A stretch of DNA of 64,000 bases from Azolla caroliniana (lineage: Eukaryota > Plantae > Polypodiophyta), in assembly GCA_043228905.1 (NCBI GenBank), contig JBHGNT010000002.1, forward strand, positions 5,208,001 through 5,272,000, read 5' to 3'. The notes beneath the pieces are model-generated. The model did not search any database. It was not told the origin of the DNA and worked only from the letters and a program-made list of their open reading frames with translations. Shown here one piece after another: positions 55,330 through 64,000 of this stretch. A program made the translations under genes and the position numbers. Each line of letters begins with the position of its first letter. The first letter of the stretch is position 1.

Positions 55330-56522
55330 GTAACATGAAAAGAATTATGTGCGGAAGCTTGTAGATGAAAACGGCTTCATTGGATAGCAACAGAGAATAT
55401 GCATAGGTTTAATGGAAAGCTTAGACACACAGAGAGAGTACACGGGAGAGATAGAGAGAGCAAAATAATATAAACTCAATTCAAAATAATAACACTTTGT
55501 ACATACAATGTGCTTAGTGAGCACTTTTATACAAGTCCATAAAAGGACTAATAGATGTATTGACATGTACTTCAGTGATCATACGAGCGACTAACATAGA
55601 CTTCCATATGCCCACATACTAGGCTAGATTTCATAGGCCTCTAAAGGCCTACCGGTTAATACTGATCCGGATTACGATCCAGCTCTCTTATCTAGCTCTT
55701 GGTTCCAGATACCGATCCGGATCTGGTTGAGCTTGTCCACTCAACACTCCCCCTCATGTTCAACTTGAGGTCAGATTGTGGTGTTAGTGTTTGCCAGTCC
55801 TTTTCTCCGGCTCCTCATGGCATCTTCCCACATTGCTCGCGCTCCTCGACCTATCCAGTCCTAGTTTCCACGACCCGTCTAGTTCGGCGCACCTCGACCT
55901 TCTCGGTCGGCTTGTCTACTCAAAAGGTTCATCTCAACTCCTTTGTTGCTTTGACTTTAATGCTTCTCGATTCGTCGGTGTCGATTTCCGCTGCCTTCCA
56001 GTCCGTTTGGTCTTTTGTTGATCTGGCTCCTCTGAATCAAACACCTCTTCCGAATTGGTTGCCTCCAATTCGTTCCAGCTCTTGTCTGAATTGGTTGTCT
56101 CCAATTCATCCTCAATCTTCATGCCCTTTACCACATCAGACCATGTCCAGGTCTTGGCCTTCTTCTTCAGGTCAGCTCTATCCTTCTTGACTTTGTCGCC
56201 GTCGTTGTTTGTTTCGACTTGTTTGGATGTGCCTACTTCTTCAATCGACTTAGCTTCCTTTTTCTTCTTGTCTCCTGTTGTTTTGGTTGTTTCCTTCTCT
56301 CCGGCTCCTTGTCCGGTGCCATTACCTGTCTTCCCGGTTTTCGTTTTCATTTTCGTTTCCTCCTCCTTTCTCCCCCTCAAGTGTGGCACGTCGAGATGTC
56401 GAATACCAAGCATCTCAGAGAAGTGTTGCAACTTGTCAGTTCCGAGCATCTTGGTGAAAATGTCGGCAACTTGTTGATTCGTCCAAACATACCGAAGTTT
56501 GACTTCATTGCTGAGGACCCGA
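55330..56522 (-). mobile_element. 3' part of a Ty1/copia element: RNase H end, charged tail, PPT and 3' LTR (about 55330-55746)
   Basis: RVLSNEVKLRYVWTNQQVADIFTKMLG; PPT TGAGGGGGAG at 55756-55747 directly followed by TGTTGA; far end of the LTR is approximate. Confidence 0.82.
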
Positions 56523-57120
56523 TGTCATGAGGATTTTCGGCTATGGTGAGAAAACCGAGTGGGACGAATAAAATGGGGATGCACAACATTGCACATACAC
56601 TTAGGGGATTCGTAAAATAAGAATAAGAAAACAAATGTAAAGTGTAAAGGTGCTAAAGTACACCACAAAGTTCATGATGTGTAAATGTGATGTGCATTTA
56701 GGTGCACATGCACATGTAGACTAGGGGGAGTGCGTGGGAGTAAGGGTGTAATAAGTAGAGGGCATGGTGGTGTGTGTGAAAATAAGAGGAGAGGGAGTTA
56801 AGGCCCCATCAATCTCTCCTCCTAAGATCAAGGCAAATATTCCCCTTTGAAAAGAGTGGAATATTTGCCCCCCCCTTTTGTAATGAGCCTCACCCATTTC
56901 TACTATAAAAGGGGGTGAGGGGTCACCATTGAGAGGGTTGCCATTTCGTCATTTGGAGGTAGACCGTTAGCATTTTAGTTATTCTCATCCCTACTTCGTT
57001 TTAGGGTTTTCGGTTTAGGTTCCCCATTCATATCGTTTCCCTTTCTCTTGATTAAGTTTTAGTTCTTCTTTTTCTGGTTAGGTTTTCTAGTAGTGCTTGA
57101 GTCTGGCCTATATGGTCGCG
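56523..57120 (+). mobile_element. LTR (right end not identified) related to 58099-59097, inserted into Copia RNase H
   Basis: Starts TGTCATGAGGATTTTCGG, similar to TGTCGTGAAGATTTTCGG at 58099. It begins exactly where Copia homology stops and has a TATA-like CTATAAAAG at about 56903. Confidence 0.65.
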
Positions 57121-58098
57121 GTTCTAATCAAATTGTGGCTTTCGTGCCCTAAAATGGAATTAGCTTGATGAACCTTGTCTCCATCTATTTCTCTACCGTG
57201 TCAATCTCTTCTTCTTTCTCCTACCCTTTTGAGCTCAAAGGCCATAAACACCGGGTCATTTGAAACAGGTAATATGTCATATTCTCTTTTGCCATAGTTG
57301 GTGAGATGCAGAAAAGTACCCTAATTTAGCATGATTTCGAAAATGTACAATGCATGCATACCTATTTTGCGAATGGATGGTGAAATATAGAACCAAATAA
57401 AATCCAAGCATTTGGTGAATTGTATACGTCTTGTTTTCGTGTTAATTTGTATATCGTGGAGTACAATTGAATACTAGGTTGAATATTAAACATCTTTATT
57501 TGGTATCCATATTCAAATTGTAGAGTAAAACTACATAAACCCTAAAAATGTTAATATGTGGTTTGGGGTTGAGGAAAAAAGTAGTCCCCCACTTGTTGGA
57601 CGGGTATATTGATAGTTTCGTTGTATAATGTCATATAATCCATCACAATGTAATTGGTAAGAGTAACAATTATGTACCACGTTCATTTATACTATTTGAA
57701 ACCAACAGACTTGGAACGTAGGTAACTGAAAACCTTTTATTATCAAGAACATTCACAAGTTCATGTATATAATCATGCTAGGAGAAATGAGAAAGTATAA
57801 TATCACGTTAATACCCCAAATTGGAGAAGAGCATGGTGACCAATCATATGTATATACAAATTACAGTTCAAAAAATGATTAAAAAGTGAAATTATGAACG
57901 GGTGAATAAAATTAAATGGTAAACGATTACTTTTGTTCTCATATACAAAAACAATATCAACTCAAGGTATACATTATGCCTCAAAAATCCTCAAAGTATA
58001 CATTATGCCATCTAAATCAATCTATAAGCCAATCTGGCACACTAGGCTCTTTAGGCGCTGATTGTTCTAGACTATTCTCGTTTGTGTCATCTCCACGT

Positions 58099-59097
58099 TG
58101 TCGTGAAGATTTTCGGCAATAGTGTGAAAATCCCATAAAACGTACGAAATCGAGTATGAATCACATAGTACAATAATTGTGAAGATAACATTTTAAATAG
58201 ATTTAATATCTAAGTACAAATGATGGAGGTTTCGAATGCACTTTATTACACGAGAAACGAACAACTAAATGTCAAGATATGAGGGTATAAAGTTTGTGAA
58301 AGGAAAAGAGAAAATTGTGAGATATCCCACATAGGCACGACAAATACAGCTCTCATCATATATAAGGTGGAGCAAAAGATATTATCTTTGTGTCTATGTG
58401 TGGAGCATAGAGAGTTCAAGGTAACTTGAACTAAGAGTGGAGGTGGGCTTAGCTACTCGTAAAAGGTTTTGGCCAACCAAAACTGGACCGGCGATGGAGC
58501 CGGTGATCCAGCGACGACAACCGGTATCCGGCGACTAGATATATAAATATATATACATATTTACATATACAAGGAGGGCAAGTAAGGATTCGAACCTTGC
58601 ACCTCCAAGTTAGAAGTCAATTGGCTTACCATTAAGTCATGCTATTTAGTTGAAATTATATTTCTATCATTGTACTTTTACATGTAAATTCTCATACATG
58701 AGAGCTAAAATGAGTGACATGGTTATCATGCACCACATGTAATACTTAAGCGCCAAATGGCAAACATGCAACTTATGCATGTCTTGTACCCTCACATGCA
58801 TCATATGCATGAGAGCATCTATAAAAGAAGGGAAGGGGGAGGAGAAAAAACATGGTTTTTTTTTATGAAAAATTAAGAGGAAGAAATTCGTTATCAAATT
58901 GATGGTGTAACTTGTTTCTTAAATCCAAAGATAAAACTTCAATCAATCTTTCTCAATCGATTAATCTCAACTTCTCTCTTTCCCAATCTATCTTAAGTAC
59001 TTTCTCGCCAAAGCTTGTATCGACTTTGAATCCTTCCGGTCCAGAACCCCGGCGGTTCCGCCTCACGATCCGCGCGTAGTGACGGATCTTCACGACA
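58099..59097. mobile_element. Solo LTR (999 bp) inserted in the last exon of the MTase gene
   Basis: Perfect 12-bp terminal inverted repeat TGTCGTGAAGAT..ATCTTCACGACA; 4-bp TSD ACGT/ACGC. Removing it restores the frame ..SDSGER-GDDTNENSLEQSAPKEPSVPDWLID*. Confidence 0.87.
58575..58645 (-). other. tRNA-like (Pol III A/B box) cassette inside a solo LTR; not a canonical tRNA
   Basis: TGACTTAATGGTAAG..GACTTCTAACT..GGTTCGAATCC with tRNA-like spacing; the acceptor stem is poor. Confidence 0.55.
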
Positions 59098-62000
59098 ACG
59101 CTCTCCTGAATCTGATGTATGTTCAAATTGTGTTACATCTTCTTGGTCCACAAGCTCCCCTGCTTCTTCATCAATAGGTTCCATTGGTTCTCGTGAAGTC
59201 ATTTGGAACATCTCTGTCTCATTGATGTGCTTAGCTCCGACTTCTTGATCCTGATCTGGACAGTCCCAGATTCCTGTGATCCTCATTTTGATGAAGTTAA
59301 CTTGTGCAAGGTCCTTCTCCAACGCAACACAGTTTCGAAACATCTTCAATGCACAAGCTGTTGTAGTACCTAATGGCCGCATGAACACACACAAGTATAT
59401 ATAAGAATTAAAGTCTTAAACTTGATCGACAGAAATCAAAGTAAGTATATTTTATATACCTGTGCCAGAGAACAAGTCTAGGACCCAATCATCTGGATTC
59501 GAGAAGAGCTTTAGGAGGCGGTTGATCAATCTTTGAGGTTTTTGATAAGGATTCACCATACTCTTATCACCTGAAACATGCCTTAATTTTTTTGTGATAG
59601 CTGGGCACATGATATAATTTACCACGTTACGCTCGTTGACATGTGCTCTAGCCTTCTTCTTTGTTATTGAATCATAGTAACCCACACAAAAATGTTCGAC
59701 CGCACTAACCATTTGATCGCCAGGGCTACGTGTAATATTTGTTTTAATCCTACAGAGAAATAAAATCATGTTTTAGAGGTATGAATGTCAACATATAATA
59801 ACAAGTATCATAAATGATTAAAAACAAACTGTAACACACCAATGCATGTGTTCAGTGGCATGTCAACGTGACTTCAGAGCTGTTGTGACTGACAGTGATT
59901 GCCCCATGCTATGGAATATGATTATCCTCCACAAGGGGGCCAATGTCAGTTCGGCGAAATCCTTTACCATCTTCTCGATTTGGGGGTACTTGAAAGGCAC
60001 ATCATCATATGTTGATCCCGCAATTCGGAATCCATATGGTATGTCGGCTATTAGCAAAGTGTAGTGCCTTCTCGATAACAGATCGAGCATTTGTGATACT
60101 TCCCCATTAAATACACTATAATGTAACTGTTTATAAGAATGAGGCCTATGCAAAAAACTCTTCACAGTCTCCGAATCGTCAGGCAGTTCCATCTCTTTCC
60201 CTTTGGTCATTCTCTTCTCATACTTTGCACGTTCTAAGTGTGTGATAAAGGCAGTTGGAATACCATCATTATTGTTGTTGGTCTTTTTTTATTTCGATGG
60301 TTTCTGCAAGCGTCAATGTTGTTAGGAGAGAACATTAGCTTTCAATGTATTAACATTCAAATGACACATACCCATTCTCTAAAAACAATAAAATATTCCT
60401 CCAATGCCTTGTAGGAAGAAGTTATCGGGCAGGCTTGCTCCACTTCTTCCCATGTCGGTAAACTCAATTTTTGCATCATCAACTCCTGAATCTTCATGTA
60501 TACCTTGTGACTATACAATAAATATGAAATTAAAAATCAATAATAATAGAAGAATATCCTGAAACATTGTATACTATAAACCCTTACTTTTGCAATTCAA
60601 TAACCATCTCATCCAAACTAAATTCCTTGGCAACAACTCGAGATAGCACCGATATTAATAGCCTATCATCTTTAATACCCTGTAATGACCTCCAAGGTAA
60701 AAGTTTCATGTCTTCTGCTAACTCCTCAATTACCAAGTCACTTTTGCCCTTTGACTTCGATTTGATCTCAACTTGTGGATCAATCCTTCCCTTCTTTGAC
60801 CTTTGCCCTTTGACCTCTTTCCGCTCCCACATGCTAAATATTTTTTCCTGGAGATCCCACACCTCTCCGGTCCGAAAGGCTAGTTGAAACCAGGAATCAT
60901 ATTTTCATAGCCCTTCTGATTTTGTGCTCTCATCCACTGCAATCCCCACTTCTAGTAAACACTGGCGACGCAAACCAAGCCACAACCTTGGGCCAAAACG
61001 ATTTAATGCATCTAGGTACTCATGATGAAAAAATTTGATCCTTTCAATGCATGTCATCTTTTGCCTATAATCATTATCATTGTTATGGTCCCATGCCAGT
61101 AGCTTCGCCTCCTCGTGAGTGAGTCCTGCATATACTTTACATTCGGCGTACTTAAAGAAGGGGGTGAGAGGGTATTCTTTCACAAGCTGTCTATGAGCTT
61201 TGGCCGAATGTGATCCTCCAATTACATAATATGTATAATCATCGACAGAGCTATACTTGAAGTCTGCTACTGTTGGACATTGATCTTGATCGACCATTAC
61301 TAAAAATGGCATGACAATAGCATGAGGATTAATTTTCATTTTGCTCTTCAAGTTTTGCACATGGACAACGTGTGACTCTCTAATTTCTAGGGGACGTCTT
61401 CCAGTCAAGGGATCAATTGGAGGCCTCTGGATTGAAGTAATTGGCAAATGAAACAACTGCCCCTTACGCACAAGTTTTGTCTTAACAATATTTTCTCTTA
61501 TTTTATTTTGTTCAGATGTCAATACACCGGAAGATAGTTGACCTCCTGGAGCCACGACGTCGACTTGGTGCTCTTCTTCTTCCTCCACAAATTCTAAAAC
61601 CTCTTCATCATCTTCGTCGGGTCGTGGTCGTTTGTTGTATTTCTTATGAACCGGATTTGTCTTTCTAGACTTTTTTGGTGGAGTTTGTGCTTCACCGCTC
61701 ATCATTTCTCCTGTCACATATGGCCGCAGTGCAACTAATAAGTTGTTCTTCGTTTGAATGTCTTTACGTAATGACTTGGGGTTGCAACATTCTGCTACTA
61801 GGTTTCCCTCGTCAAGACGCAATCGTCTAGAGCCAACAGAGCTCGAGACATCGATTATAATACACGAAGAATCAATATCTTCATATTCTAGCTTGGTTAC
61901 ATGTCCATAGTTAAATGTTTTTCCAAGCTCCAATTTGCCTTTACCGTCTGACTTAGCTGTTATTAAATTACGAACAAGACCATACTATTTGAACAAAAAC

Positions 62001-62115
62001 GATGGAGAATGCAGTAAAATAAAGAAAAATTAAATGCAAAACACTAAAAATAGTATCGAAATGATGAGAAAACTGTGATGAGGGACATAAATTTTCTATC
62101 TACAAAACCCTATTT

Positions 62116-62432
62116 TTTCAACGAAAATCCGATGCAGTGCATCAGATTTTGGTTGAAAGGAGGGCCTTTCAACCAAAATCCGTTGCACTACATCGGATTT
62201 TCGTTGAAAGGAGGGATTGTGGTTTAATCAAGGAGGGAGAAGTCATGTCACAATCCTTAGCAGTGCATGGGATTGTGGTTGAAGGCCTTCCGGTGCAATG
62301 CATCGGATTTTGGTTGAGGGGCACTACCTTCCACCAAACCAAAAGGGGCACTACCTTCCACCAAAATCCAATGCAGTGCAACGGATTTTGGTTGAAAAGA
62401 GGGCTATCTTCCACCAAAATCCGATGCAATGT
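62116..62432. repeat. Array of about 31-bp palindromes (consensus CCAAAATCCGATGCA-G-TGCATCGGATTTTGG), about 5.5 copies
   Basis: Copies at about 62122, 62173, 62249, 62288, 62361 and a half copy at 62414. The first two form a nested inverted repeat of about 94 nt (62116-62209). Confidence 0.85.
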
Positions 62433-62989
62433 ATAGACAAAACAATAAGGTGTGTTGTCTTAAGGTAAATAACATTGAGTACCCATGTTAATCTTGACAA
62501 GAGTCATGTTTGCTCATGAAGGTTGTGTACATTACTGGGCCATTGTCTATCCTATTGTTAGCAACTTGGTAGGAATGACTATAAATCATTTATAAGCTAT
62601 CGACGATCACATTGTGTCCTCTACTACGATAATTAACTAATTAAGAAACAATGTAATCTATCTAAGAACTTAATCAAAACATTTAAAAGTACTTCAGAAA
62701 AAAGGAAAACATTGGAGAGAACAACCACCTCTCGTTTAATTAATTACACATGCTAGCACAAGTGTTTAACATGAGGTAAAGAACTTAGCATTAATCGCAA
62801 TGGAGAGAGAGAGAGGAAGTATAACCTCATTACTTGTATGGAGAGTGATTTGGAATGTTTGGGATGGCAAGGGTCAATGGCTACATGGGGATAAATTAAT
62901 CGGCATTTGGGGCATCCGTTGGGTGTTTATGTTGCAAATGTTCAATTGTTGACTATATTGGTAGTCAATTGAAGCACAATTTTATGTAT

Positions 62990-64000
62990 TGGAAGTATCA
63001 ATTGTGGCCATTTCATTTGCAACTCAAAGTGGTGCAATGTATCATGATACTCATATTATTATATTTTTACCATTGCTCCTTTGGACTAAGAAGGCATTAC
63101 AAACATTATTGAAACCTCTTGTGTTCATGTTGTGGCCTAAGAGAGAAAATATGGGAGTTACACGGATTTCATAGGATCATTTGGCTACTCCCAAACAATT
63201 AGGTGGTGCTGCAATATTAAATTTGGAAATGCATTTGATGGCCCATAGATTTCCATTATTACGAGATATGTGTCAACAATATAAACTGCAGATATCTATG
63301 ATGCAATATTTTATTGAGCATGATCAATTGGTGATTGGGAAAACTAAGATTCAAGCACCGTGGTGGACATTGCTTCATGTATGTATTCCTCTAAAGATTT
63401 AACATTTTGAATGTGCTCACAATTGGTAAGCTATTGTCAAGATGCCCAATATTTTTTTGAGTGGGCACCATCGAGTAATCAAGAGCTTTGTAATCATTAC
63501 AAAACAAATTGTTCGTTGTTCTCTATTGTTGCATTGGCATGGAAAAGAGAAGATGAGATCTTAGTTCAATCACTTAATTTCATTGGGGGTTGTAGAATTG
63601 GAGGATGTGGTTGATAATGAATCTCAAAGCTTGCCAAAATTTGAAGATGATAAACGATGGTTATGTATTACCCCGAGTTATGGATTTATTTAGGACAAAT
63701 AACAATATATATACTATTGTTGCATGAATCATTGCCAATGAAAGAAAATGGTGCTCCTTGAATGGATTTGCGGTTAAAGTATGGTACACACTTGTTACAA
63801 AGTGTGGAATGTATGTAAGTCAAATCAAGGTTGTGGCAAATATTGCAATGTGGTTGGCATTCTCATTTGTGATTTCGTGCAAAGGTAATCATGTGGAGAG
63901 TCATGATTGGCGGGCTTCCATTAGGTTCAACATTAAGGAGACAAGGCCGAAGGTCAACTATATGCGTCTTTTGCACCATTCCATCGGAGGACATTGCACA
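62990..64000 (+). mobile_element. Decayed L1-like LINE ORF2 fragment running off the window
   Basis: ATPKQLGGAAILNL; KVIMWRVMIGGLPLG..CVFCTIPSEDIA. Confidence 0.7.

Larger units (their letters stand above)
58017..61956 (-). pseudogene. Intron-containing ParB/Srx-like + beta-class N4C/N6A DNA methyltransferase fusion gene; exons 61956-60588, 60510-60372, 60303-59840, 59749-59460, 59369-59098 joined to 58094-58017; first exon/start codon not found
   Basis: Four short GT-AG introns (77, 68, 90, 90 nt) join the exons in one frame. MTase motifs are LLIADIPYG and NPYQKPQRLINRLLKLFSNPDDWVLDLFSGTGTTTACALKMFRNCVALEKD. ParB-like motifs are PFLVMVD..YYVIGGSHSAKA and EEAKLLAWDHN. In-frame stops lie at 60905-60907, 60289-60291 and 59863-59865, and a solo LTR interrupts the last exon. 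Confidence 0.85.

Noticed and set aside
55699-56634. Several plus-strand ORFs of 100-160 aa
   Set aside because: They are antisense shadows of the purine-rich Copia tail.
58485-58537. Possible Helitron 3' end (hairpin plus CTAG)
   Set aside because: CTAG is followed by A rather than T, the hairpin is not at the usual distance, and no matching 5' TC end or RepHel was found.
58993-59097. C-terminus CREDPSLRADRE..WREST of ORF 58993-59394
   Set aside because: It is read-through into the solo LTR; the real tail is at 58094-58017.
58017-61956. Bacterial contamination as the source of the MTase
   Set aside because: The gene has spliceosomal introns, an NLS-like patch and an LTR insertion, and it is contiguous with plant TEs.
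62137-62436. ORFs on both strands over the palindrome array
   Set aside because: They are a by-product of the repeats; no splice link to the MTase exon could be established.

Overview
AT-rich, transposon-dense eukaryotic nuclear DNA, most likely from a non-seed land plant such as a fern or lycophyte (inferred from Tcn1-like chromoviruses, RTE-like and L1-like LINEs, and plant host genes). It has two intact host genes on the minus strand: a 4-exon GT47/exostosin ARAD-like glycosyltransferase (4494-7274) and a 10-exon WD40 Swd2/WDR82 (APRF1-like) gene (43825-53337). A young, intact Ty3/gypsy chromovirus (32966-38749) is nested in an RTE-like LINE. It shows a self-priming PBS, a candidate -1 frameshift signal and tRNA-like A/B boxes in its LTRs. 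The window also holds a decayed relative of this element, several L1-like LINE fragments, solo LTRs, MITEs and a Copia 3' end. The most unusual item is a spliced gene at 58017-61956 (minus). It encodes a ParB/Srx-like domain fused to a prokaryotic-type beta-class N4C/N6A DNA methyltransferase. This copy is disabled by three stops and a solo LTR, and it lies directly downstream of an array of about 31-bp palindromes. All calls come from manual reading and translation; no database searches were run.
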